A stretch of DNA of 56,635 nucleotides, the filler included, from Dugesia japonica (Eukaryota): assembly GCA_001938525.1 (NCBI GenBank). It is 5 parts of 5 records of this genome, joined end to end, with 100 filler letters (N's around TTAATTAATTAA, not from the genome) between each part and the next. Parts side by side here need not be neighbours in the genome. Positions count along the whole stretch, not along the records: positions 1 to 9,358 come from MQRL01620895.1; positions 9,459 to 20,509 come from MQRL01588099.1; 3 more parts are not named here. One strand, given 5' to 3'. The position numbers and the translations under genes were made by a program. Shown here in pieces: positions 1 through 13,845 of this stretch (position 1 is its first letter; the number at the start of each line of letters is the position of its first letter). The notes beneath the pieces were generated by a model. It did no database searches. It was not told where the DNA came from and was given only the letters and a program-made list of their open reading frames with translations.

Positions 1-15
1 TATATCTACCTACTC

Positions 16-192
16 ACAGTGATACAAGAAATAAAATTTACTAACTAAAGAATTCCACAATGATACAAGAAATACAATTTACTAACAAAAGAATACCACA
101 GTGATACAAGAAATAAAATTTACTAACTAAAGAATTCCACAATGATACAAGAAATAAAATTTACTAACAAAAGAATACCATAGTGATACAAA
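16..192. repeat. Tandem repeat, ~41-bp unit, ~4 copies
   Basis: Unit CACA(G/A)TGATACAAGAAATA(A/C)AATTTACTAAC(T/A)AAAGAAT(T/A)C repeated, with two alternating variants. Confidence 0.9.
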
Positions 193-364
193 AAAAAATC
201 TTCGATGTGTGCACGAATGTGGTTAGAGAAACGTGATCTTTTATCAAAACTTTCATTGCAAGTTGTGTTGTTTTCTTGTTTATACTCACAAATTTAAATG
301 TTTTTTATCTAAAAAATTTGTATAAAGTAAATTGAAATAAATTGAACTTAAACATAACTAATTA

Positions 365-710
365 AGTACATTCATAATATCAACTTGAATTTGGAAATGC
401 ATGGACTTATGAAAAGTAATTGTAAAGCATCATGTAATGCATGGGTTTTATTTAGTCCAACCAAGATAGACCTGAATGTTTTCATTTATTTCANTTACAT
501 TCCATTGTATTATGAATTTCACAAAAATTGTTAACATTGTATAATATTGGAGAAAAATCCATAAATTTTTCGTTGGTCTGGGAACAGAATAAATTAATGC
601 CCATAAAAGTATGATGAATGTATATGGAATTATCAGAATATTTGACAACAGTCTACAGTTGAGAATTATTCAAAAATAACAGATAATCGAAATTAGCTAT
701 CAAAAATATG
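365..710 (-). pseudogene. Piezo-like transmembrane exon remnant
   Basis: IIPYTFIILLWALIYSVPRPTKNLWIFLQYYTMLTIFVKFIIQW resembles Piezo LWxxLSVPRPSKxFW...KYxFQF; downstream HDALQLLFI resembles YDLxQLLxLF but needs a frameshift past a stop. Confidence 0.55.
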
Positions 711-1729
711 ATTTATTTAGAAATTATAATTATAATTAAATTAATAATAATTTATTAAAATATTTTAACCATTCCATTAGAACTAAAATATAACTCCATA
801 GCAATCACTTTTTTCAAAACATGCTTGGTTCACGAAATAAACTACGTGAGCTTTCTGTTACTACCCAATCCTGATCTACAAGATTTCGAATCAATATAAT
901 CATGAAAGAAAACCGACAAAGAAAAATATTATTTTTAGAAATGTTTTTGACTGACAGAAAATTCAATTCACATTCATATCAAAATTGTTCATATGAATTT
1001 TAAATGATTTTTCACAAATCAATTTGATTAATTATAGGTATGAACAAATAATAATAAGCTCAATAATATAATGACAATGAAAAATTACGTCACATTTAAA
1101 TAATACATTCAAAATAACTCTAATGTACCGAGTAAATAATGAATAAATGTAATTATTTTCTACTCAATCTTAATATTAATTTCAAAAACTCAATTTCAAA
1201 TTAAATTGATATTTTTGATGAAAATTCTATATCTCCTTTGATTTGCGATGATACAGTGTTTTCGATACAGTGTGATGATGGTAATTGTACCACGTTTTTT
1301 GTTACAACTCTGTCGATTAAGAAACCTTCTAATATCGTTTTCTATTTCTTCAAGGTTGTAGTCCCATATGACTTCTGGTTTTTGTACTATAATTTTAATA
1401 TAATTTTGTTGATAAATGGAGTATAATCAACAAATTTTGAAACGACAATAACCTCCAGGAAAAATGTACTATCAAAAACAAAATTTCTCTATCCAACAAC
1501 TCATCATTAACCAATCTTCAAGCGCACCTCATTCGAGTTATATCACCGTTAAAACATTTTAATAAAGGAACAAATCAATTTAGTAATGCCTTGATTAACA
1601 TTTTTCTTTGTATTAATATTATTTTTTTTAGATATTTTAATTAATTTCAACATAAAAAGTTAATAAAAAAGAAAATCCAATTCTAATATATATTTTCTAG
1701 CATCAAACAACTANGGTTAAAGCTTTTTA

Positions 1730-2260
1730 TACGATGGAATTAATCGCTTAAATTAAGATTGATATATTTCGTTCTCTTTGGGATGACACTTGTACATATG
1801 CTACTCTTCCTTTCAATTTTTTGTGTTGCCCAAATGTTGCAGTACGTTTAGTCTATGTAAACGCACTATTTAGAACGTATAGAGTTGCAACACATATTTT
1901 AAACATAATCCCTCCGGAGTTCCTTAACTCTGTCCGAATTGAATTCTTCTTAGCATTTGAATAATATTTGAGTTTCTTGAAAGTGTAGAATTTGTTCTTC
2001 AAAAAATTTGAAATTTTTCCTGAAGAAACATGGCAGTTATTTTGTTTGACATAAACATTTTCATTTCTTATGTTGTTTTGTCGGGATGCAACTTGTCAAT
2101 TTCGGCCAATTGTGCATCCCTCATTTCTTCATTTATTAATTCCTTCTTGTATCCTCCAATTTTTCCGTATGAAATTGATCCGGTTTTATTTAATCGGTAC
2201 AATATATTTTTTTATAGTATTTTTATTAAATTTGATGAGTCTTCTTCATATCCTTTCATA
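1730..2260 (-). mobile_element. Degenerate IS630/Tc1-like transposase fragment
   Basis: Minus-strand peptides YRLNKTGSISYGKIGGYKKELIN, NSDRVKELRRDYV and KGRVAYVQVSSQRERNISILI, broken by stops and frameshifts. Confidence 0.5.
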
Positions 2261-2754
2261 ATCGCTAATAAATCGCTTTATGTCAATAAAGGAAATCCTT
2301 TATTGATTGTATTAATATTTAATTAATAAATTACATTATTTTTCATCACTTTGCTTTGTTTTTATTGATTTTGTTGTTGCTTCCGAGCAGCAAGCACTAG
2401 ATATTCCAAATTAATGCAACAGACAAAATCATTGCCAGTTATAATATTCCAGCTTGGAAAGTATCAAAAGTTCAACTGTCTTTAAACTTTCAGAAAATAC
2501 GTATTATTTCAACTAATCGCCACGATTTCTTATGTCAGATTCAATATTTCGTCTTGAAAGACAATTGGCATATTAGAGGTAATTATAAAAATTTCATTGC
2601 TAACAGACCAAAAAGTTTTATAAATGATAATCAGAAATAAGTATATTAAAATAAATTTAGAATAAACTGAATTTCTTTACATAATAACAGCTTTTATAAG
2701 AATAGTATATTTCNNNNNNNNNGTATATTTCAAATTCGACGGGATATTCCATAA

Positions 2755-4668
2755 TGACATATTTTCAAAACGATGTGATATTTCACAGCAATGGTATATT
2801 TTCAAAACGATTACACGAAAATTTTATTTTTAAAAAAAAATCATAATAAATTTATTAAAACAAAACTTAACAATAAATTCGAAAATAATCATGCGAATGA
2901 AATTTTGCAACGTAAAATTAACCGCAACGTAATATGTTTAGATGTTTTCATATTTTTTTCAATTAATAAAGATGTTACGTTGTGAGAATTTTAGGCCATC
3001 TTAACCATATCACTTTCATATCAAAACAGTGAAAATCAATAACTGCACGGTGGTATCTAGTGCAATATATAACTTGAGTCAGTTAATGCGATTACCTCTT
3101 CCGATTCCAACTTGTATATTAGACTATCATCAACGACAACTCCATCGAACTGAGATTTGTTGGGCGCTAATTTCTCGATAGTTATTTAAAGTGTCTTCTT
3201 AAAATGGTTCAACGCAAAATTCGTTTTAAATATGCCTGTAAAAGTAAAAATAAAACAATTTACAATTTTATTACCAGATTGACCAATGAATATTTAAGTT
3301 CTTTTTTTCAAATCATTGAATTAGAAGAAAAGAATAATCCAATTCTGATGTCGCATTAGTTGGCAATTCGATCTTCTAAATAGTGTTGATTGAATGTTTC
3401 TTAACAAACAGATATACAGAACGGGTTTCTCATCCTCCATCATAGCCAATCTATCTGTGATTTTGTATTTTGCTTTTTAATTTACAATTTACAACAGTAA
3501 TCTGATTCTCGTTGAAATTCTGTTACTGGCACTGTTTTGATCATATTTACGCGAAAATGATTTTTGCAGCTAAGAAAGCCGTTATTTATTTTATAGTGTC
3601 GAATTTCTCCACGTATTCTTGTCCTCTTTTCATTTTTTTTTGAAAATTTTAATTAGAATGTTTCTTTGAATTATTTAAACTTCTGCCATGAAAAAAAGTT
3701 TCCTTAAATAAAAAAAGAATCGGTACAGAATAATTTTATTTCAACCAAAAAACGTTCTAACAAAATTCTTCAACCATCTTTATTTTTTTGAAATAGCAAG
3801 GACATCCAATCAATATGGGCAGCAGGTATGAATTCATTATATATGCTATCAATTACTCCCAGTAAAGAATTATGTGTATATTCATCAGAATTATTGTTTG
3901 TTATCATGTGAATTCTTTTCGATAGCCTCTTGAGAGTGGAATACTTAATAATTTGGATGAATTTATGTATAACATCCAAGTATTGCATTTTTCCAAAACA
4001 ATGACATAACAAGGATATATTTCCAAAACGATGTCATATTGCACAACNATGGTAAATTTTCAAAATGATGACATGAAAATTTTATTTTTAAAAAAAATCA
4101 TCAAAAATATATTTTAAAAAAACTTAATCATACATTCGAAAATAATCATGCGAATGAACATTTGCATTCGTCTACGATCCTTAGCCTCCACGTCCTCGTA
4201 ATTCATTGTTAAAATTCTAAAATAACTAATAAATAAAATTCAAAAGTAATTTATAAATTTACTTTATTCATGGTTGAAATTCAACTTCTCCACATTTCTT
4301 TATACTTGTTTTCCACTGTAATCTAAAAAAATTAATAATAAGAAAACTAATAAATTATCTTTTTCGCTTCCATAATTCACTTTTCTTTGAAATTAATTTT
4401 GAAATTGTCATAAAATTTATCTATTTACCTTTTATGGTTTATCAAGTGTCCAATCATACTCGAGTATGTATATATTTAAAAGATAATATTATATTTAGAT
4501 TATTTCAAAATAAATTTAATTAACCGCAACGTAGTATGTTTAGATAATTTCATATTATTTTTCATTAATAAAGATATTACACGTTGAGAATTTTTTGGCC
4601 ATCTTAACCATACCACCTTCATATAAAAACAATGAAAATCAATAACTGCACAGATGTATCGAGTGCAA
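2755..4668. repeat. Two diverged copies of a ~300-bp dispersed repeat (about 2755-3066; 4015-4166 plus 4519-4668)
   Basis: Shared blocks TTCGAAAATAATCATGCGAATGAA and ATTAACCGCAACGTA...GGCCATCTTAACCATA...GAAAATCAATAACTGCAC; the second copy has ~350 bp of extra sequence between the blocks. Confidence 0.8.
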
Positions 4669-4889
4669 TTTCACTTTTACACTACCAATAATATATATCT
4701 CCTCTGATTTGATATTTTTTATGATATAGTGTTTCTGATTCTCTGTTGTTACGTAATTGTACTGTATTTTCTGTTTCAACTCAGGCGATAGGTTCTGTCA
4801 ATCTTGAAGTTTTAATAGGAGTGCATCCTTCAAACAAATATTTTTCATCTTGTGGAATAATAACTTGGCTTTGGGCGTATCTATGTTTA

Positions 4890-5390
4890 TGTGATATGTT
4901 TAATGTCACCGGTTTTAGAAAGCTCCTGACCTTTGCTACTTCTAATATTTCGTTTCTGTTTAATGATCAACGATATAAGCAAATTGACGGAGTTGCTATG
5001 GGTTCACCTCTTGCGCCTACTCTTGCTTCATTATTTCTTTCGAATATTAGAAAAGGATTGAGTTATTATTTGAATTGTTTACGGGAATTAAGCCATTATA
5101 AGCGTTATATGGGTGATATTTTTTGGTGTTTAGTAATCAATCTAATGTAGAATCTTTTCTGAATTATATGAATTCTTGATACTCGAATATAAAGTTCACA
5201 ACTGAAATGGAACGTAATGGTAAACTTCCTTTTCTTAATTTATTAATAGAATGGAAATCTGACTATTGAGACAGAAATCTATCGATAGCCAGCTGATACT
5301 GGTTTAAATACAACACCTGGTAGTTTCTGTGAATCTNNATATAAATTTAATATGATTAAAGGTTTAATATATAGATCTTGGACTCTCTTC
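4890..5390 (+). mobile_element. Penelope-like element reverse transcriptase fragment (decayed)
   Basis: FLFNDQRYKQIDGVAMGSPLAPTLASLFL, YKRYMGDIF (degenerate YxDD), then NIKFTTEMERNGKLPFL after a frameshift. Confidence 0.85.
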
Positions 5391-7639
5391 TTATTTTTCG
5401 AAGTCGATCTTGGCTTTAAAGATTTTAAAAATGGTTTGCTACCACCAGCGTCAGACACAAGAGAACGTATCCGAAATAGTTGAATGTGTTCTTGCAGGTT
5501 TTCTCCAAAATTAGTTGTTAAACGTTGGTAGATTCTAACATCTGAGTTTTATACTGAAAATACTTAGTGTTGTCTATTAGGAGAATAGAAAAGGCAAAAA
5601 AATTAATTTATTTAGCTGAATGGTTTTTTTTCTCCTACCTCGGCTCTTACAATTCTGTTGATTATACTCCTGTTGGTTATTTTTTCCTTTTACAAATTAC
5701 TGATTGGCCAACGGGTACGGCCTACGTAGTTGGTTTTATTAGGAGAATTTATCCATAAATGTTTCGATAATTAATTATCTATTTTCAGTCCACAAAATAT
5801 TTAGGTAATTATTTTTTTCTTTGTTTATTAATTTTCCTATATGAAAAATAATTGTAGGTAATTAAATTCCTCACTAGCTAATTAATTGTTGCTTGCTACA
5901 TGAAATGATTACTAGTAAAACTCGGTATAATTATTTCCCAGTCGAAATGGATAATTGTGGGTTATTATTTCTTCAGGCTTAGTAAAAATTACTAATTGTC
6001 GTCTCGGGAAATTTTTTATTCTTTGTTNTAATTGGTGGCTAAATTGCATGATAACTATTTGATTAGATTAGATTAATTAGATTGACTAGATTAAAGGAGT
6101 AAGTAGATAGTAGCGCATTTCCCAACTTTTTAAAGCAGTTATCGTGCACCCCCTACTTTTGTGACATTTTTTCTAAGATTTTTGGGATCAAATTTTTTTT
6201 CCTAAAAATTTGTATTTTTAATTTTTAAAATTTGTGTGTTTGTGTTGCCAAGGGTGTTTTTAAAAAGTAGGTCAAGTTGAGTTTGGGTGTGTATGTGAGT
6301 GTGTGTGTGCGTGAAAGAGTGAATTTGGACTCGAGGGAGAGCTGGAGATCGTGGAAATAATTTTTTTGTAGTTTTTAAGATTTGGTTGTGGTTGGACAAA
6401 AATTCGTTCTATACATTGTCTAAAGGACTTATGAGGTTGGATGGATGGATTTTGCTAGAAGTATGGTAGTGCACTGGCACAGGCGTTTGAGTTATCGTGG
6501 GAGTGTTTTTTGGGACTATATAGGTTTGTAGGGGGTGTTGAATTTGGATAGTCGATGGGTTATTGGAAAGGTAATGTGCTGGAGAATATTTTGGATGTCG
6601 ATTGTGACTTAATTTCTGATTTTTAGGGCTTGAATTTGATTGGTTGATATTTGTAAGTAGTATAAGTGTGTTAAAAAAATTTTCGGTAGGGGTAGAGTGG
6701 TATGGGTGGAAAGAGAATTAATTATCGGATTTTTTAGAATTTATTTGAAATTTTTCTGCCAGGCGGATGTGACGTAATATTGTTTTGAAATCTTTATTTT
6801 TGGTTAAAATGCTGTATTTTGCAAAAACGCGGATAATATTTTTACTCATGTAATGTGTTATCGACCCACCCCCCATTACTACTACTGTGTTGTGTGTAAG
6901 TTTATTTACGACCTACCTACTTACTATATAATAAGATGGGGGCTTGGTAATATCTAACGCGTAATGGTGTAATTGTGTAAAATATTTTAAAAATTAGTTA
7001 AATAAGTGGTAAAATAACAAAATTTTCTTGTTTTAATTAACAAATGTTGCCATTTTTATAAAATAAATAGGAGTCGCTACATATATTTGGTAAGCAATTA
7101 TGAAAATACAAGTTTTTAAATTTATAGTTTATTTGTTTAGATTTATTAACGGTTTCTTTCCGATTCAAGAGACTGTTCAGTTTAGGATAAGTCTTTAAAA
7201 CTGATTTAAGCTCTGAAGTAAACATAACAAGTTTACTAAAATATTGATTTGAGCTTGAAGTTTTATCATCTTTAAATTTGGCAATATTAGAATCATTTGT
7301 CTTGTGTTTAGACTTAGATGACATAATTCCAACATTTCTTTTATTTGAATGACTAGAACATGGCATAATGTTAAACTGAGAAATATTTTTTTCAATTAGT
7401 TCTTTATTTATAGAACTTTCTTTATTATTATTGTAATATTTACAACAATCTCGAATAAATCATCAATAACAAATGATTGAAATGCTTGTAGAATTTTCAT
7501 TCTCTTCATAGTAGTNGAATGTATTAATGCTGTAAAGAATGATTTACTTCTTTCTAAATTCATCTTTGATTTAAATAGATAAATAATACTTAGTTGTTTA
7601 TAACATTGTCAATACACATTGAAATAATAATCTTCCTGT

Positions 7640-9030
7640 TTTTTACCATATATTTTTACCTTATTTTAAATTGATTATCCTATTTTACCATATTTTACCT
7701 GATTTACCACATTTTACCCGATTTTGCCCAATTTTCACATGGTTTGCTCAATTGCCTCTTATTTCGTCCGATTTGCCTGATTTCCTCAAATTTTGCTCGA
7801 TTTTCCTATATTTTGCTCTGTTTTATACCCCATTTACCCTATTTCTCCATATTTTATTCGCATTTATGGAATAAGCTTTGAATATCAATAATGAGACTAG
7901 GTTGAATTTATTGGATGATTACGTAACAAGATTAGCCTCTATTAATAAATTATGGTTTTTTTTATTGGATAAAGGATTAAGTCCATTACAATTTGAGATC
8001 AATATGGTTTCAACGTGAAAATAATAGGTTTATCTTGTGAAAAATAGGTATTTCTTTCAATAAATTCCTTCACATTTTGCCTTCATCCTTGCTTGCTTCC
8101 TTATTCCTTGCTTGCTCCTTGGTTCCTTGTGTGCATCTTAGCAAACCTGTGTGCACTTTGGTTTTCACGGGTTTTTGAGTAACTCAATATATAAAAACAT
8201 ATAAAACATTATAAAACAATATATTTACTCTATAAAAATCTAATAATGCTTATAAAAACCATATAAAAAGCAATATAATAACAAATAAAACCACATAAAT
8301 GCCCTATAGAAACATAAAATCCATCAATCATAAAAACCGCTATTAAAACCCTATAATTACCTTATAAAAACCTATAATAACCATATATTTACCTTGTAAA
8401 AACTTATAATGAGTCTATAATTACCATAGAAAACCATATAATAATCATATAGAAACATATAAATACCTTTTAAAACTCTATTAAATCATTCAAAAACCAA
8501 ATTAAAACATATCAACCATATAAAATTCTATTAAATTCATATACTTACCATTTAATTACCATAAGAAACCCAAATATTACCTTGCGAACTCAACAAGACT
8601 ATATAAAACACTATAAAAGTATATAAAAACGCGTATATTTACTTAATAAACGAGCTTTTGTATACTTACATTCCTATTTGCAAACCTATAATGTCTTTGT
8701 TAACTTGCACAAATATGAATCATGCTCTTTGTTCTAGTTGCATTCCTGTTGCAATGTCTTTGTTTGACTTGCATTTTATTTGTATATGTATGATTCATAC
8801 TCTTTTTAAACATGTATTTGTGTGTATGTATTGGTTCATTGTATGTGAATTAATTTATTATGTGATAAAAAACTTAATATAATTTCGATAATAGTTCGAT
8901 TATAAAACCATATAAAACACTCATAAAGCTATATAAAAAAGATTCATATAAAACCAATATTGATTTAACCCTATAATAACCACATAAACCAATATAAAAA
9001 CCATATAATAACCCATATAAAACTATGTAA
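7640..9030. repeat. Degenerate low-complexity short-period repeats (ATTTTACC-like at 7640-7870; ATAAAAACCAT-like at 8190-9030)
   Basis: Visible ~10-bp periodic, strand-skewed motifs; no credible ORF. Confidence 0.6.
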
Positions 9031-9358
9031 AATCAAATCATATTTCAATACTCAATTTCGCTTAGTAATCATCTGCATTGTATTATAGTATGATCATTGT
9101 TAGTATACGAGTTAAATTGTCTATGAATTTAGTTTTTTTNNNNNNNNNNNNNNNNNNNNNTACATGTATTGTTCATTACGCATCATTATTGTTTTGTAAA
9201 AATGAATTTTTTACTAAATAACGATAGTTCATTTATTTTAAAATTACCGCAACGTAGCATATATTATAATAATATAGATCAAATTGGAATAGTTTTGAAA
9301 TGTTTTATATTTATTTTGTTTTAATGAATCAATTAAAATAATAACAATGATATATATA

Positions 9359-9458
9359 NNNNNNNNNNNNNNNNNNNNNNNNNNNNNNNNNNNNNNNNNN
9401 NNTTAATTAATTAANNNNNNNNNNNNNNNNNNNNNNNNNNNNNNNNNNNNNNNNNNNN
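9359..9458. other. Artificial scaffold-joining spacer
   Basis: Exactly 44 N + TTAATTAATTAA (stops in all six frames) + 44 N. Confidence 0.97.
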
Positions 9459-10099
9459 CAAAGGTTTGACTGTATCACATTAAGTGTATCACCAGGTTAT
9501 TAATTACATTGTATTCGTTGGGCTGATTAATATATTAAGTTTAATGATTTGTATTGGTCTAGATAGAAGGCACACAAGTGTTGTCACATTTTACTTTGTA
9601 ATATTGAACAATTTCTAAACGATTTGACTTGTATATACGAATAACAAATTTTGGAAATTTGAAAAGATTACATTTATTGCAAACAATGAATTTAAACAAG
9701 ACATTCAAGATTTTAATACAATTAATTAATAATTTTAATTAAAATTAATTAAATACGTGGATTCATATGTTTATGTCTAAAATATGACTAAATAACCTTC
9801 AAATTTTAAGTACTCTATTGTCAAGAATCGACGGCCTGTACCCATAAAACAAATATGTAACAACTTTTATTAATCGAAAGTAAAACAAACGCATTATTAC
9901 AATAAAAATCCTTGGATATATAGGTAAATATAGTTTGAAATAGTTTATCAATGTATAACAATTTATGATGCCTGTAAAATTTTCACTCTACTCGGAAATA
10001 TTTAAATAATTTTCCTAGTATTTTACATAGGTTTTGAGAGTTTTCCAGCAAATCTCGGTGTAAATTTTCAACACTTCTAAAATAATATAGTCATTTATC

Positions 10100-10365
10100 C
10101 TTCATCATTACCATCTGCCTGCAATACTCGATGAAATGCTGGACAAGTTGGACGAAACAAAATATTTCAATTCAATAGATTTTGGAAATCAAGTATAGTT
10201 CGAAAAAGAATCTCAAGAAAAAACGGCGTTTACAACGAAGCACGGGCAATATAGTTTTAATAGAATGCCATTTGGCATCTGGAACATTTCAGGAGACGAT
10301 GACAAAAGTTGAAGGCTGAATTAATTAAGCCGTTGTATATGTTGATGATATTCTGATCATTTGAT
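10100..10365 (+). mobile_element. Ty3/Gypsy RT remnant
   Basis: DEMLDKLDETKYFNSIDF, KTAFTTKHGQYSFNRMPFG, VVYVDDILI with stops and frameshifts. Confidence 0.85.
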
Positions 10366-11052
10366 AAAATATACCAAACTTACAAATGACCAACAAAGAA
10401 GAATTATTCGTGAGCAAGGAAGATGCTGCAGCTCTGTTGAAAATTTATTATAATTATGCCCGAGTACTTTTAAATAGAATTATAAAACGTAATATTATCG
10501 ATAAAAAAAATCCAAAGATTGCAAAGCTAGATCAATTTTAACAACTGACATTCGTTCTAAAATAAATTTCATTATCTTGGATAATCTGGGAATTGACTAT
10601 GAAGGAGATTAAGCGTAAATTGGAAGTTGTGCATGTTGGTGAATTTTCAACATCAACATCCACTAGAAATAGAAGCATTGAGGAATAACATTCAATCTTT
10701 CTCAGAGTTGGATCGTATGAATTGCCCGGATGAAATTTTGATGAGAAAATAGTATGCTAGTAGTAGTTCAACAATCATATAATTAAATTAATTAATGATT
10801 AAACAAATATTTAAAATATAATATGCATATTAGATTCAATATATTTAATTGATTAAAATATAATAATAATGATATTAAAAAACCAAAAGAAATATGAAAA
10901 TAATTTTCACAATTTATTGTGGATAACAAAGTGAATAGCAAGTGAACCCCCCCAACAATAATTCCACAAATAATCGATCCAAGAGCGCCATCAATAAAAG
11001 AATAATGGATATTGAAATAACGATAGAGAGAGAGAGAGACCTAATCAACCAA

Positions 11053-12386
11053 TCACAAATTTAACAGCACAACACAAGGATCCTCAATAAACGATTTTAT
11101 CTTTCTGAGAAAGAGAACAGCCTCGCGCCCATCAATCAATCGGTGATCGTATGTGAGTGCCAAATACATCATCGGCCGGATCTCAACTTTCCCATCGATC
11201 GCAACTGGGCGCTGTTGAGTAGCGTGTATTCCGAGAATCGCTGATTGCGGGGGATTGATGATCGGAGTTCCCATCAAACTACCGAAAACTCCACCGTTGC
11301 TAATGGTGAAAGTGCCACCGTCCATATCTTCAATCGCCAACTGGCCCAATCTAGCGCGTTCTCCCAATTCGAATATTCCTTTCTCAATTTCTGCGAATCC
11401 CATATTTTGAACATCTCTCAAAACCGGCACCACCAAACCTTTCGGAGTGGCAACCGCGACGCTGATATCGATATAATCCCGATACACAATGTCACCACTA
11501 TCGATCACAGCATTAACTACCGGTTGATCCTGCAGCGCTAGGGCTGCTCCTTTGAGAAAAGCCGACATAAATCCTAATTTTACTCCGTGTTTCTTCTGAA
11601 ATGCTTCTTGATATTTTTTTCTTAAGTTTATGATGCAACTCATGTCACATTCATTAAATGTTGTCAACATCGCACACGTATTTTGTGCGTTTTTCAGTCT
11701 TTCTGCAATTCTAATTCGCATTCTATTCATTTTTACTCTTTGTTCACCGCGAGAGCCAGAAATATTCGAATCTGATGGAACAATTCGTAATTGCGGAGGA
11801 GGAAATATTTCTTTGATTAATTTATCATTTTGTAATGCTGGACTGCCTGTAAATTTTACTTCTTTCTTTTCTGTTACAGTTTCAGGTTTTTTCTCAATTT
11901 TCACTTCACTAATCACTTCTTTTTTTGGTTCAGTAACAGAGCCAAGTGAAATCTTTACTAAATCCTGATTGGCAATTACTTTGTCTCCATCTGCAACTAG
12001 TAATTCCAAAATCGTTCCATTAAATGGTGAATGAATTGGAATTGCAGTTTTATCAGTTTCTATTTCACCAACTACTTCATCAACAGACACAGTGTCGCCG
12101 GGTTTTTTAGACCATCTTACATCGCCTTCTGTAACTGATTCGGCAAAAGGTGGTGTTTTAATTATTTTATTTTCCTCAAATAGAAAAGAACTAATTCCGA
12201 TTTCTCTTTTAATTGTAAATATTCTGAAGATTAACGTTGAAAATATATCAAAATTATTCAATGCTATTACTTATTACGATTTCCATTAAATTGAGCAGCT
12301 TTATTACCAAAATTATTTATTAACACTTTATTAAATCGAAAATGAAGATTAATAGCTTTGATATTAAAAATTTTATATAAATTCAT
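11053..12386 (-). CDS. DLST: Dihydrolipoamide succinyltransferase (E2 of 2-oxoglutarate dehydrogenase), 2 exons (12386-12271, 12223-11053), ~428 aa
   Basis: Lipoyl motif [33 protein letters not shown], catalytic DHRLIDG; a 47-bp GTAATA..TTCAG intron (12270-12224) joins an N-terminal presequence-like exon in frame. Confidence 0.95.
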
Positions 12387-13209
12387 TTAAAAATCATATA
12401 TGTTTGGAAATTTATAAATTTATGCTGAAATGATTAATCATTGAAATTTTAAAACAAACTTGTTCTTCTGAAATAGTTAATGAGTTTCACGAAATAAAGT
12501 ATGACAGCTTATAATTTTTAAATAACTTATTGTTATTTCATGATAAATGGTAGAATATGGCTAATACTAATAGGTAAATTTCAGTCAATATTAGACTTGC
12601 CCACAATTTACTTTAGTTGCCAAGAAATCTACTTTTTATAGAAATAAAATTGAGGTTTCTTAAAAATAACTTAATTGTGTTAATTGAAAAACATTTGCTA
12701 AAATATTTTTACTAAATAAATACTGATAACAAACAACTTAATGAAGGTTAAATATGTTCTAAAATGAGAGTAATTAATTTAATTTGAATTACAATTAAAG
12801 GTAAAATAAAAATCCATTTACTTCTTCAAATGATATATTATTAATAATAATAAATAACTAAAAATTTTTGATTGAACAGCCTTTAAATTATATATGTATT
12901 TGGAGATTAAAATCAATGAAATAACAACATTATAGAATGGATGAAAAATAAATTTCGTTACAAAATGGGTCAAAAGTGTAAATAAATAGAAAAAATATAG
13001 AAATGAACAAAAGTCTAGTCTTGTTTAATTCATGATCACATTATTTCATGATCATAATTTTTAAAATATTCGGTATTTATTAGTATAATTCTACGATAAC
13101 TATTTGTTCAATTACATTTATATAGATAGATATATGAATTAACCGCATATCTTAAATGTGTCATGTTATTTATACAAGCTGTTAGTAAGTTAATATTTTT
13201 TCCAAATAT

Positions 13210-13845
13210 TTGTTAGGGCTGTAAGCTAGACTTACATTAATTTATCTAGTTTATAAATTATTTGTAAAATTTTATTTAATTTAATTCATAAAATTTCTGT
13301 TTGTTTAAACTTTTCTATATATTAAAACTTTCAAGGTCATTCAATTTAATAAAACGAATTTTTATAAATTACTAAAATTAGAAATAAGAAATTAATCAAT
13401 ATTTTTTTTACACTTATCGAGAAATAAATNNNNNNNNNNNNNNNNNNNNNNNNNNNNNNNNNNNNNNNNNNNNNNNNNNTAGCAAAATGAAAATTTAATG
13501 TCGATAATATATATTATTGTTAATCATGTTTTAGTTCACCTTGTTGATAATTAAATTATTTATATTGTTAGGGTTGTAAGCTAGACTTACATTAATTTAT
13601 CTAGTTTATAAATTATTTGTAAAATTTTATNTAATTTAATTCATAAAATTTCTGTTTGTTTAAACTTTTCAATATATTAAAACTTTCAAGGTCATTCAAT
13701 TTAAAAAAACGAATTTTTATAAATTACTAAAATTAGAAATAAGAAATTAATTAATATTAAATTTAATAAAAAGAATTTTTATAAAATACTAAATTTAGAA
13801 ATAAGAAATTAATCAATTATTTTTTACACTTATCGAGAAATAAAT
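13210..13845. repeat. ~220-bp near-identical duplication on either side of an N gap
   Basis: TTGTTAGGG(C/T)TGTAAGCTAGACTTACATT...CACTTATCGAGAAATAAAT at ~13210-13429 and ~13565-13845; may be an assembly artefact. Confidence 0.8.

Noticed and set aside
16-192. Regular repeats as a CRISPR-like array
   Set aside because: No unique spacers; a simple tandem minisatellite in eukaryotic DNA
7037-7395. Possible transposase C-terminus (MPCSSHSNKRNV)
   Set aside because: A single weak motif only
9403-9414. Recurrent palindrome TTAATTAATTAA as a biological motif
   Set aside because: Always centred in exactly 44+44 Ns; a synthetic linker
11245-11968. Plus-strand ORFs overlapping DLST, and antisense ORFs over pol and tubulin
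   Set aside because: Shadow ORFs of real coding sequence
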